A DNA stretch of 39,641 nucleotides from Microthyrium microscopicum (lineage: Eukaryota). Location of the stretch: assembly GCA_010405405.1 (NCBI GenBank), contig MU004231.1:3597486-3637126 (forward strand), given 5' to 3'. Both the position numbers and the translations under genes were made by a program. How positions within the stretch are numbered: the stretch's first letter is position 1; each line of letters starts with the position of its first letter. The notes beneath the pieces were generated by a model that worked only from the letters and a program-made list of their open reading frames with translations, was not told the origin of the DNA and searched no databases. Positions 1 through 12,779 of the stretch are shown one piece after another.

Positions 1-510
1 ACTACTAGTTAGTTAAATTAGTAATAAGGTTAGTTTTATTTTTATCTAATATAATACAATCTAATATTAGAACTTATTAGAAGATCTTAGCTAATAGAAT
101 ACTAAGAATAGTTCTTTATTTTAGTAATATATAATATAGAGATTTTAACTTACTCTCTTATAGAGTTTACTATAGAATATTAACTTAACTAAAGTAAGAC
201 TACCTAATAATAACTAGAATAAGTATAAGTAGGTATAAGCTAGTAGATAATTTAATACGTATAATATTAAAGATTCTATTATAATTATTTTATATATAGC
301 TATCTAAGGCTTAGAGTTAGTAAAAAATAATAAAGTAATAAGAAAAATCTTAACTTATAGTTAAAGCATTAGAGCTATTCTTTAATTTATACCTAACTTA
401 TTATTATATTAGAAAAGAATATATTATTAAGCTAGTACTAGATATAGATATATATCTTATAGCTATATATTCTTCCTTAGGTTTTAGTTTTAGGCTTATT
501 TATATAAGCT
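1..510 (+). pseudogene. Possible 3' end of a RIP-degraded ORF, unknown product
   Basis: One plus frame reads as plausible protein when TAA/TAG are read as Q/W (e.g. ...AVKALELFFD...). No family motif recognised. Confidence 0.25.
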
Positions 511-659
511 AAATAAGTTATAAATACTTATATATTACTTAGTCATTATAATATTTAGGTCTACTATACTTCTAGTTTATTAATCTTATCCTAGTAATTA
601 ATTATTATATAATTAGCGTAGCTTATTAAGATAATTAAAACTAATGTTTAATATACTAG

Positions 660-1390
660 CTTTAGTAGTTAAATATTACGTAGCTTATAAAGTTAGTATA
701 CTTAGCTAAGCTAGAAATAGTTTACTCTAAGCCTATTATTCTTACCCTAGTAGTAAAAAGCTACATAGCTAGTAAAGCTACTATAGTTAGGTAGATAGCT
801 AGCATAATAGTAATAGTTTATTCTAAGCCTATTACTCTTACTCTAGTAATTAATTTACTATATTATTAGCGAAGCTATTATAGTTAGCTAGGTAGCTACT
901 ATAATAGCTATAGTTTATTCTAAGCCTATTACTCTTACTCTAGTAGTTAAATATTACGTTGCTAGTAAAGCCTTAATAAATAGCTATTATATTAAAGCAT
1001 TATAGCTATAGTTTATTCTAAGCCTATTACTCTTATTCTAATAGTTAAATATTATATTATTAGTAAAGCCTTAATAAATAACTATTACGTTAAAGCACTA
1101 TAGCTATAGTTATTTTAGGTCTATCTATTAAGGCTTTAATAGTTAAACGTTACGTTACTAGTAAAGCCTTAATAAATAGCTATTGCGTCAAAGCACTATA
1201 GCTATAGTTATTTTAGGTCTATCTATTAAGGCTCTAGTAGTTAAATATTATGTTGCTAGCAAAGCCTTAATAGATAACTATTATATTAAAGTATTATAAC
1301 TATAATTATTTTAGGTCTATTTATTAAGGCTCTAGTAATTAAACGTTACGTTACTAGCAAAGCCTTAATAGATAGTTATTACGTTAAAGC
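660..1390. repeat. Tandem array of ~7 units of 96-98 bp; later units carry an internal inverted repeat
   Basis: aaagccttaata recurs at 967, 1065, 1163, 1261, 1359 (98-bp period). taagcctatt recurs at 728, 824, 921, 1019. Stem ctatctattaaggcttt (1121-1137) pairs with aaagccttaataaatag (1163-1179). Confidence 0.9.
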
Positions 1391-1499
1391 GTATTACAAA
1401 GCTATTAGAAAAAGTAAATATAATAAGTTTATACTAGTTATTAATTAGTAAGAATATATTAACTATTATTATACTATTAGAAATAAAGGCTTAGTATAT

Positions 1500-3000
1500 T
1501 ATTAGTTATAAACTAAGATAGTTAGCTAAGAAGGTACTACTTATATAAAGACTTCTAACTACTTAAAGCCTATAGTTAGATAAATTATAGTAGAGCTAGA
1601 AGTAATATAAAATTAGTATCTTTCTCTTATAGAGAAAGGTTAGAACTTTAATATTAAAAGTAACGTCTAGAGTAGTCTATAAGAGTTATTTTATATAATA
1701 ACCCTTAAGTTTAAAAGTATCCTATTAGTTTATATCTTTAAATATCTTTTAATATCTTATTAGAATATAAAAGATTTATAATTAAATAGTAATAACTTCT
1801 TTAAACTATACTTTTCTAACTTCTTAACGTAAGTTAAATATACTAATCTCTACTACTCTAACTATTAGCGCCTTATCTAAATATAGCATACTATATCTAA
1901 GTAGCTCTAAGTCTCTTATTTAGACCTTAATTATTATAGTAGATTAAGGCATTAAAACTAGAGTCTACTAAATTATATTAAGTAGATATAACTTTAATTA
2001 GTCTATATACTACTATTACTTTTAGTAGAGATATAGCTATATCTAAGTAGAGATTAAGATATTTCTTAATAAAGTAGTAAATAATATATTTAAACTTTTA
2101 AGGTTTAAAAGGCTAAACTATTAGAAGCAATATTAAAGCCTAGCCTAACTCTATATTTAATAGAAAGAAGCTAACAAATTATATATATTTAACTACTTAG
2201 TCTTTTTAATATTTAACTTCTTCTACTTCTTCTTTTTTAATATACGTCTATATAGAATATTAGTAGAAGAGTTAATAAATAACTAATATACTTTACTAAA
2301 TACTTCTATATTACAAAATAAGTTATTTTTATATCTTTTAGCCTTAATATTAAGCTTTATACCCTCTTTAACCTATTATAATAAGTTTAAAAATATACTA
2401 GAGAATAGTATATTAACTTATTATAATAATCTAGTATAGAGTATATATATATACTAAGCAATTTATTTAAGTAGTATTTAGGCTTTAGTACTTCCTTTAA
2501 GTACTATAAGAAACTCCTTAGAACTTAATTATAGTATAGTCCTTCTATAAAAGCTCTTACTAGGTCTTAGAACAAGATCTATTAATAAGCTTAAAAGGTT
2601 ATTAATAAAAGCTATAAGCTTATTAGAAATTTAACTAAGTATTAATATAGCAATTAGATTTAATAAGCTCATAAGAGAATATTAATACAAGCTACCTATT
2701 ATTTTATCTTATAAATACTAAGAGTAGTCTCTATTAATTATATTATTTTAGTATTAGAACTAAGGACTTATAGAATATCCTAAGAATATCTCTATACCTT
2801 AATCTACGTATAGGCACTATAAATAGTATTACGTTCTAGACGTTATAATCTTAAGACTCTATCTATATATAAAGTACTTACTATATTATAATATTATTAG
2901 CTATAGTTTTAAGAATAGCTACGCTAAAAGGGCTAGTGTCTAAAAACTAATTCTATAATAGATTATAGAACTTCTTCCTATAAACTAATAATAATAAATA
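1500..3000 (-). pseudogene. RIP-degraded ORF, ~500 codons, unknown product
   Basis: One minus frame reads continuously when RIP stops are reverted (e.g. ...RVVEISVFNLRQEVGEAWFEEVIAIRL...). No family recognised. Confidence 0.5.
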
Positions 3001-3114
3001 TATCTTTAATTATTATTAGCTAAGTTAAGAGATATACTATAGTATATATATATTGTAAAAAAATTATTATATATTGCAAATTAGACTACGTATTATACTA
3101 GAAAAGTTATATTT

Positions 3115-3506
3115 AACTTATTATAAAGATATTAGATACATATAAGATAACTACGTACTTTATTAGAAATATTTTAAAAGTATTTAAAATATTTTAAACT
3201 TATTAAGTATATTATAGTTATTTTAAACTTATTATAAAAATATTAGATACGTATAAGATAATATATACTTTATTAGAAATATTATAAAACTATTTAAAAT
3301 ATTTTAAACTTATTAGATATATTATAGTTATTTAAAACTTATTATAAGGATATTAGATACGTATAAGATAATATATACTTTATTAGAAATATTATAAAAC
3401 TATTTAAAATATTTTAAACTTATTAAATATATCGTAGTTATTTAAAACTTATTATAAAAACATTAAATATATATAAAATAATATATACTTTATTAGAAAT
3501 ATTATA
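3115..3506. repeat. ~110-bp tandem repeat (at least 3.5 copies, runs into gap)
   Basis: tattagatac at 3130, 3241, 3351 and a degenerate copy at 3461. Confidence 0.9.
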
Positions 3507-4153
3507 NNNNNNNNNNNNNNNNNNNNNNNNNNNNNNNNNNNNNNNNNNNNNNNNNNNNNNNNNNNNNNNNNNNNNNNNNNNNNNNNNNNNNNNNNNNNNN
3601 NNNNNNNNNNNNNNNNNNNNNNNNNNNNNNNNNNNNNNNNNNNNNNNNNNNNNNNNNNNNNNNNNNNNNNNNNNNNNNNNNNNNNNNNNNNNNNNNNNNN
3701 NNNNNNNNNNNNNNNNNNNNNNNNNNNNNNNNNNNNNNNNNNNNNNNNNNNNNNNNNNNNNNNNNNNNNNNNNNNNNNNNNNNNNNNNNNNNNNNNNNNN
3801 NNNNNNNNNNNNNNNNNNNNNNNNNNNNNNNNNNNNNNNNNNNNNNNNNNNNNNNNNNNNNNNNNNNNNNNNNNNNNNNNNNNNNNNNNNNNNNNNNNNN
3901 NNNNNNNNNNNNNNNNNNNNNNNNNNNNNNNNNNNNNNNNNNNNNNNNNNNNNNNNNNNNNNNNNNNNNNNNNNNNNNNNNNNNNNNNNNNNNNNNNNNN
4001 NNNNNNNNNNNNNNNNNNNNNNNNNNNNNNNNNNNNNNNNNNNNNNNNNNNNNNNNNNNNNNNNNNNNNNNNNNNNNNNNNNNNNNNNNNNNNNNNNNNN
4101 NNNNNNNNNNNNNNNNNNNNNNNNNNNNNNNNNNNNNNNNNNNNNNNNNNNNN
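3507..4153. other. Assembly gap (N)
   Basis: Run of N flanked by repeats. Confidence 1.
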
Positions 4154-7100
4154 TAAAAACTACCTTAAGCTTTATTTATAGATAGGTAGATTAAATACTT
4201 AAAATAATAATAGTTATTTAGGGGTTATTACTACATATAGAAATATTACTTACTAGTAACCTTTATTATATCTAAATATATCTAGTACCTAGATAAAGTA
4301 GTAATAATATTAAGAGTAAGTAAGATAAGATAAGATAATAGTATCTTTAATAGTATATTAGTTAACTATAATAATAAAAGTAATAGTAAGTAGTATATAA
4401 ATTAAGCTAAGTCTACGTATAACGCTCCTTATTATCATAAAACACTATTATATTTACTTTTATTCTACTAGTCTCTAGAACATAGATTATAATAGTAACT
4501 ATCGCCTTAGTATTATTATTAATTACAATATTACTAACGTCTATACTTAAAACTTCTATCTCTAATTCTACTCTACGCTTTAAGATACTACTTATTTTAT
4601 ATACTATATAATCCTTTATAATAAGGTCCTACGTATTTACTATGCTAAGAATAAGATATTACTCTTACTAGGCTATAAATAGCCTAGTTATTATTTTAAT
4701 TATATAGTGCTACTTACCCCTTTACATAATTAGTAAAGTTAAAGATTTATCTACTATTCCTAGTTTAATAGAGATTAATATTAAAGACTAGTTATAGTAT
4801 ATTAAAAAAGTCTTTTCTATTCTATACTACTTAAAGAATATTATTAACTTCTTTCTTTCTTAAATTATCTTTCCTATAGGAATAAGAGAGTTTTCTTTAA
4901 AAATTTCTATATCTAGTACTATTATATAACTATTAAATTAAGTAAGGATACTTAAGTAATATAGTAGAGGAAGAACTACCTTAAGCTCTATCTATAAGTA
5001 GATAGATTAAATACTTAGAGTAATAATTAGCACTTATAGTAGTAAATCTATTTAGTATATCTAATTATATTTATAGTATATTCTAAAAATTTTATATAAA
5101 GCCTTATAACCCTTAATACTATATATTATTTAAGGGTTATTACTACGTATAGGAACGTTACTTATTAGTAACCTTTATTATATTTAGATATATTTAGTAC
5201 CTAAATAAAGTAGTAATAATATTAAGAGTAAGTAAGATAATAGTACCTTTAATAATATATTAGTTAATTATAATAATAAGAGTAATAATAAGTAGTATAT
5301 AAATTAAGCTAGAAGTAGCCTAGTTATTATTTTAATTATATAGTACTACTTACCCTTTTACATAACTAGTAGAGTTAAAAATTTATTTACTATTCTTAAT
5401 TTAATAGAGATTAATATTAAAGATTAGTTATAGTATACTAAAAAAGTTTTTTTTGCTCTATACTACTTAAAGAGTACTATTAACTTTTTTTTTTCTTAAA
5501 TTATCTTTCCTATAGAAATAAGAGAGTTTTCTTTAAAAATTTCTATATCTAGTACTATTATATAGTCTATTAAGCTAAACTTAAGAAGCTTCTAGTAGCA
5601 TTTCTAACTCTAGTAGTTTATATATATATTAGATTTAAAGTCTAAAGAATTTACTAAGTAGAATATATTTCTAGTACAATCCTACTTAATAATAAGAAAA
5701 AATATTTAATATACTATAAGCCTTTATAAATGCCTTTAATAAGCTATTAAACTAAGTAAGGATACTTAAGTAATATAGTAAAAAAAAGACTACCTTAAGT
5801 TCTATCTATAAGTAAGTAGATTAAATACTTAGAGTAATAATAGTTATTTAAGAGTTATTACTACGTATAAGAACGTTACTTATTAGTAACCTCTATTATA
5901 TCTAGATATATCTAGTACCTAGATAAAATAGTAATAATATTAAGAGTAGATAAAGTAATAGCACCTTTAGTAGTATATTAATTAACTATAATAATAAGAG
6001 TAATAATAAATAGTATATAAATTAAGCTAAAAGTAGCCTAGTTATTATTTTAATTATATAGTACTACTTACTTCTTTACGTAACTAGTAAAGTTAGAGAT
6101 TTATCTACTATTCTTAGTCTAATAGAGATACTATTATATAGCTATTAAACTAAATAAAAATACTTAAGTAATATAGTAAAAGTATTAAGTAGGTAAATAT
6201 TTCCTTAATTATTTTAGTAGCGTTCTATATAAGCTCTTCTTCTAAGATAATAAAAGAGATTTCCTTATAATAGATATAGTTAAAGAACGTTATACGAAGC
6301 TAGGATTATATTTAAGAACTTAGTAGTTATTAAAATAATTACTAAGGAGTAATAACCTTTCCTTTCTAGTTAAGATAATACTATTCTTATATCTTACGCT
6401 TTATTAAGTAAGTAGTATATTACCTTTATAGTTAAATTAAGTAATTATATTAATAAATATATCTATACTCTTAACTAGTTAAAGAAGTAGCTAAAAACTA
6501 CCTTAAGCTTTATCTATAAGTAAATAGATTAAATACTTAGAGTAATAATAGTTATTTAAGAGTTATTACTATATATAGAAACGTTACTTACTAGTAACTT
6601 TTATTATATCTAGATATATTTAGTACCTAAATAAAGTAGTAACGATATTAAGAATAGGTAAGGTAATAGTATCTTTAGTAGTATATTAGTTAACTATAAT
6701 AATAAGAGTAATAGTAAATAGACTAGATTTTTTTAAATATTTCCTTAGATATTTTAGTAGCATCTTATATAAGCTCTTCCTTTAGGATAAAAAAAAGAGT
6801 TCTCTTATAATAGATATAGTTAAAGAACGCTATATAAAGCTAGGGTTAAAGATTTAGTATCTTTATAATTCTTATATTAGTAAGGACTTAGTAATCTAAT
6901 AAATATTATTAAGAAAAGTAGCTATCCTTAAGTTAATAGAAGTATACTAATTATTAAGGTAGAAAAGCCTATATTATAGTAGTAAGTATTTTCCTAGTCT
7001 AAAGCTAATAAATAAATTAGATAATAGAGAAGCTTCTATAAAGAAGAGTAGAATATCTAATAATATTAGAGTTATTAATTTACTAATATACTAAAAGTAG

Positions 7101-7520
7101 TTTAATTATAATACTATAAAGAATTCTTATAAGCTAAGTACTAGTTTTAGTAATAAAGTAATTAGAGAATTTTAAGACTCTAAAGCATCTATTAGTAAGT
7201 AATGCTTCTAGAATATATATTAGCTAATTATTAATAAATCTTATATATTTATAGGTTATACCTTCTAAGTTAAAAACTATAAAGGTTAGTTTATTAACTA
7301 GAGTAGTTAAAGAGTCTATATATTCTATACTCTTTATTACTAAGTCTATCTTTTATTAACTTTACTTTCCTTTTAAGTATTTAGCGTACGCTTTTATAAA
7401 GTTAAAGTATAAAACTAAGTAATTATATTAATAAATACGTCTATACTCTTAACTTATTAAAGAAGTAGCTAAAAACTACTTTAACTTTATTTATAAGTAG
7501 ATAGATTAGATACTTAGAGT
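4154..7520. repeat. Mosaic array of shuffled 60-280 bp modules
   Basis: Module A (taccttaag...gtatataaattaagct) starts at 4161, 4977, 5791, 6499 and partially at 7477. Module B (agcctagttattattttaattatatag) is at 4681, 5317, 6035. Module C is at ~6195 and ~6734; module D at ~6439 and ~7417. Confidence 0.9.
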
Positions 7521-7900
7521 AGTTATTTATAGTAATAATAATTACGTTTACCTTAACTCTAATATAATTAAGATTATTTAGGTATTAGACTTATTTTTAG
7601 TATTATTACTTAAAGCTTTAATAGTAAGATTATAGCCTTTAAATATTTCTATAGTAAGCATAGTAATTAGTATTTTAGAAGCTTAAGTAAGTAATAGTAA
7701 AGAATAACTTAGTAATTAGATAGTTTCTTAACGTTCTTAGCCTAGCTAGCTTTTATAAGCGTATAAAGAAATTATAGCTATTAAGTATATTCTTAAGAGT
7801 AAAAAAATAGGCTCTTACTAAAATATTTAAGCTCTTATTATAAATATAGTAAAGCTAGAATAGCTAGTTATTAATAAATTACTAAATAAAAATAATAATC

Positions 7901-8625
7901 TATAGATAATAGATAGTTATAGCTTATACTAAATATAGAAACTTTATATTAGTTCTTTAAGTATAAGATTAAAATAAAGTAGTAACTTCTTATTAAAGGA
8001 GTAGCTATTATTAATATTAGCTAAGCTATATATACTCTTTACTTATATAACTACCTAGCTAGCTTTATTCTTTTACTCTTTTAGATAAATTAGTTTTATA
8101 TAAATATAAAATAAGAACTAAGCTAATTTATATATATTAGTAGTACTATAATTACCTTAATAGAATATTATAAGCTTAGGTAATAGCCTACTAAGATAGA
8201 AAGCTACCTTACTAATATTAATATTAACTAATATATAGGAAGTTATAAGTTAAGTACTAGTATAGATAGTAAATAGTTATAGCTTATACTAAATATAGAA
8301 ACTTTATATTAGTTCCTTAAGTATAAAATTAAGGTTAGGTAGTAACTTCTTATTAAAGAAATAGCTATTATTAATATTAGCTAAGCTATATATACTCTTT
8401 ACTTATATAACTACTTAGCTAGCTTTATTCTTTTACTTTTTTAGATAGGTTAATTTTACATAAATATAAAATAAGAACTAAGCTAATCTATATATATTAG
8501 TAATACTATAATTACCCTAATAGGATATTATAAGCTTAGGTAGTAGTCTATTAAAGTAGAAAGCTATCTTACTAATATTAATATTAATTAATATATAGGA
8601 AGTTATAAGTTAAGTATTAGTATAG
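7901..8625. repeat. Two tandem copies of a 360-bp (120-codon) unit
   Basis: 7901-8260 aligns with 8261-8620 at exactly 360-bp offset; differences are mostly transitions. Confidence 0.92.
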
Positions 8626-8806
8626 TATCCTTAGAGAGCTAATAAGCTACTATTAAGATAAAGCTATTATAGATTAGCTCTAATAAATAGAAAGACTTTT
8701 TATAGTCTAATTATAGCTATGTTTACGTTAGATTAGTAAAAATAGTTAAAAAATATATTAAGAGGTTAAAAAAGAGTTAGCTAATTATTATAGCTAGTAT
8801 TAGATA

Positions 8807-9277
8807 NNNNNNNNNNNNNNNNNNNNNNNNNNNNNNNNNNNNNNNNNNNNNNNNNNNNNNNNNNNNNNNNNNNNNNNNNNNNNNNNNNNNNNNNNNNNNN
8901 NNNNNNNNNNNNNNNNNNNNNNNNNNNNNNNNNNNNNNNNNNNNNNNNNNNNNNNNNNNNNNNNNNNNNNNNNNNNNNNNNNNNNNNNNNNNNNNNNNNN
9001 NNNNNNNNNNNNNNNNNNNNNNNNNNNNNNNNNNNNNNNNNNNNNNNNNNNNNNNNNNNNNNNNNNNNNNNNNNNNNNNNNNNNNNNNNNNNNNNNNNNN
9101 NNNNNNNNNNNNNNNNNNNNNNNNNNNNNNNNNNNNNNNNNNNNNNNNNNNNNNNNNNNNNNNNNNNNNNNNNNNNNNNNNNNNNNNNNNNNNNNNNNNN
9201 NNNNNNNNNNNNNNNNNNNNNNNNNNNNNNNNNNNNNNNNNNNNNNNNNNNNNNNNNNNNNNNNNNNNNNNNNNNNA
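8807..9277. other. Assembly gap (N)
   Basis: Run of N. Confidence 1.
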
Positions 9278-9909
9278 AATATATATAGTCTATTATTAAT
9301 TTAAGAAAGTAAGAGTTACCTAGAATCTTATCTATTATATTTATTATAAAGAAAGAAATTATAAAGTAGATATATATTTTACGTAATTAATTTAAAAGAA
9401 CTAAGTAAGTATAGAAAGTAGAATAAAGAAAGAAAATAAGCTATTTATACTTAGCTATTAATCTTTCTTATTTTCTATATAAAGAGTATCTATAATATAA
9501 AAAAATAAAGTTTCTTTTACTTTATATATAAGGTTTAAAGTCTTAAGTAGTTATAAAGAAATATACTTTTTTAAGTATAGTAGTACTTTAGTATTATACT
9601 ATATAAAAGTTATTAAAATAACTTTAATAAGCGCTTTCTTTATATTTAAGCTAAGTAAAAAGTAAAATAAAAAAAAAGAGAGAAGGTTAAATTAAGTTAA
9701 AGCTAAAGGAAAGATTTAGAAAGAGTACTATTTTAACTAAGAAGAAAAGGTTATTATATCTTAGTAACTACTTTAATAATTACTAAATCTTTAAATACTT
9801 ACTATTCTAATATAGTTAAAAATAATCTTTACTTAGAGTTTATCTCCTTACTATTTTAACTTTTATATTCTCTAACTTAATAAGCCCTTTATATTTTACT
9901 ATAATAATT

Positions 9910-10170
9910 ATAGTAGCTATAGAGGTAAATTTTATAATAGTTAAAGTAGAGGTAGGTTTAATAAAAAAGGAAGTAGTAATTATAAAGGTAAATTTTATAG
10001 TAATTAAAGTAAAGGTAAGTTTAATAAAGAAGGAGATAATAGTTATAAAGGTAAATTTTATAGTAATTAAAGTAAAGATAAGTTTAATAAAGAAGGAAGT
10101 AGTAGCTATAAAGGTAAATTTTATAGTAGTTAATATAAAAGTAAGTTTAATAAAGAAGGAGGTAATAATT
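9910..10170 (-). repeat. 63-bp (21-codon) tandem repeat x4, Ser/Thr-rich on minus strand
   Basis: ggtaaatttta at 9924, 9987, 10050, 10113. De-RIP reading ~TTSSSVEPTSTSTTAESTSAA. Related degenerate copies at ~10350-10500. Confidence 0.85.
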
Positions 10171-11218
10171 ATTATTATTATTAATTATACTTCTTCTAGT
10201 ATTTACTTAGTAGTTCTAATAATAGCCTAGCTATATCTTTTATCTTTATCTTCTTCCTTTTTATTACTTTTAAACTTTAATATAATCCTACTACTTTATT
10301 TATAAAGCTAACTAAAATATTAGAAGCCTTAAGATATATAGAATATATAGTAAAAATAAATTCTATAGTAGTTAAGGTAATAATAGAGAAGAAGGTAGTA
10401 GTAGTAAAGATAAGTTTTATAGTAGTTAAGGTAAAGATATAAAAAAGCTAAGGTAGTAGCTATAGAGATAACTTTTATAGTAATAAAGATAAAGTAGTAT
10501 ATTAAGTATTACTATAATATCTTTAACTTTTCTTTATATAAAGTAGACCTTATAGAGAATAAAGGGTACTAAGTAGTAAATACTTAAAATACTTTTTTAG
10601 ACGTTCCTAGATTTTTAAGGTACTTTAGAAGTATAAGTAAGAAAAGGTAATATAGCTATATATAGTAGTAATAGCCTTTAGATATAGTATTCTTTAAGAA
10701 AGCTAGGTAGTAATAGCTTTCTTTTATAGTAATATATATTAAGTTAAAAGTATTACTTTTATACTAGATATAGCTCTTATACTAATAAAGAAGTTTAATA
10801 ATTTAATATTACTATAATTATTATTTTAAATAGATTAGTTAGAATATAGGTAGTAAAGCTAATTAAAGCTAGTTATAAAGCCTTACTTAAGTATCTTAAA
10901 GAGTAATAGTATTACTATTAACTTTATAAACTCTAACTTTATATTTTAGTAATATAGATCTATTATAGAATAATATAAGCTAAATAAATAGAGTAAGCGC
11001 GTAATTATTTTAGTTAAGGATACTCTTTAGTAATATATTAATTATTTATAATAATAAGAGTAATAGTAAGGAACTAGTTTTTAAGCAATAGGTTTAAGAT
11101 AAAGGTAATTTATTTAGAAATAACTAAGACTAATAAGTACGTAAGTAATAGTATAAGTAATAATAAATATTAAGGTAGAGTATAATAGGCGTTAAGTTAA
11201 TCTTTATTACTATTAAGA

Positions 11219-11920
11219 NNNNNNNNNNNNNNNNNNNNNNNNNNNNNNNNNNNNNNNNNNNNNNNNNNNNNNNNNNNNNNNNNNNNNNNNNNNNNNNNNN
11301 NNNNNNNNNNNNNNNNNNNNNNNNNNNNNNNNNNNNNNNNNNNNNNNNNNNNNNNNNNNNNNNNNNNNNNNNNNNNNNNNNNNNNNNNNNNNNNNNNNNN
11401 NNNNNNNNNNNNNNNNNNNNNNNNNNNNNNNNNNNNNNNNNNNNNNNNNNNNNNNNNNNNNNNNNNNNNNNNNNNNNNNNNNNNNNNNNNNNNNNNNNNN
11501 NNNNNNNNNNNNNNNNNNNNNNNNNNNNNNNNNNNNNNNNNNNNNNNNNNNNNNNNNNNNNNNNNNNNNNNNNNNNNNNNNNNNNNNNNNNNNNNNNNNN
11601 NNNNNNNNNNNNNNNNNNNNNNNNNNNNNNNNNNNNNNNNNNNNNNNNNNNNNNNNNNNNNNNNNNNNNNNNNNNNNNNNNNNNNNNNNNNNNNNNNNNN
11701 NNNNNNNNNNNNNNNNNNNNNNNNNNNNNNNNNNNNNNNNNNNNNNNNNNNNNNNNNNNNNNNNNNNNNNNNNNNNNNNNNNNNNNNNNNNNNNNNNNNN
11801 NNNNNNNNNNNNNNNNNNNNNNNNNNNNNNNNNNNNNNNNNNNNNNNNNNNNNNNNNNNNNNNNNNNNNNNNNNNNNNNNNNNNNNNNNNNNNNNNNNNN
11901 NNNNNNNNNNNNNNNNNNNN
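11219..11920. other. Assembly gap (N)
   Basis: Run of N. Confidence 1.
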
Positions 11921-11998
11921 NTATATAAATTACTATTATTATTAATAAGTCTTTTACTTCTTATTTAATATGCTGTTTCTCTTTTATAAGATCTTATT

Positions 11999-12406
11999 AA
12001 GGAAAATATTACGTTAATACTATTTTATTATTAATATAATACTACCTTAAGTATTATAAGTTATTACTTAAACTTATTTATAGAGAAGAAGGAATCTATA
12101 CCCTAGTAGTATACTGCTATACATTATTATTATTATTATTATATAATTAGTATATACTTATAGTATAATATTTATAAGAATACTATTAAGATAATATAGT
12201 AATATTTATCTTAGTACTAACGTTATAATTACTTTTCTATAATACTACTCTAAGGCTATTCTACCTTTATAGTAGCTATATATTAACTCTTTAAGAAATA
12301 ATATTACGTTAATACTATTTTATTATTAATATAATACTACCTTAAGTTCTATAAGTTATTACTTAAACTTATTTAAAGATAAAGAGAAGCCTATATCCTA
12401 GTAGTA
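11999..12406. repeat. ~110-bp direct repeat, two copies 295 bp apart
   Basis: atattacgttaatactattttattattaatataatactaccttaag at 12006 and 12301. Confidence 0.85.
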
Positions 12407-12779
12407 AGAAATTAAGAGAATTAGAAAGAGGGTCTAGCTTTAGTACTTTAGCACTCTAATATAGTATTAATAGATATAAGCTAGAGTATATTAAATAAGA
12501 TATTAATAAGTCTAAAAATCTTAATAATCTTCTACTTTAATATATAGTTTAGCTTAATTTTAGTTATAGGTTTATTACATATTATAGCTACTATAAATAG
12601 CTACTTATTTAATTTAAATAATAGTAATAGATACCTAAATATACTATAAGATATAATAGCTATAGATATAAGTAAGAAGAAGTATAGTAGAGTATAAGGG
12701 ATATATTAAGAATATTAATAGAAAATAAAGTACGTAAGAGTTAAGTTTAGTTTAATAATAGTAATATTTTAGTAAGTTT

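Larger units (their letters stand above)
4154..10520 (-). pseudogene. Probable very large, repeat-rich, S/T/P/Q-rich disordered protein gene (RIP-degraded; may be more than one gene)
   Basis: Repeat periods are mostly multiples of 3 (816, 708, 978, 360, 63 bp; one spacing of 814 is not). Minus-strand de-RIP translation gives S/T/P/Q-rich text. Continuity across the gap cannot be checked. Confidence 0.45.

Noticed and set aside
660..1390. Ankyrin (33-aa) repeats or a CRISPR array
   Set aside because: The period is 98 bp, not 99, so frame is not kept. There are no unique spacers, and the context is eukaryotic.
11999..12406. LTRs or terminal repeats of the element
   Set aside because: Only ~110 bp long and 295 bp apart, with no TG..CA ends or TSD recognisable; treated as a local duplication.
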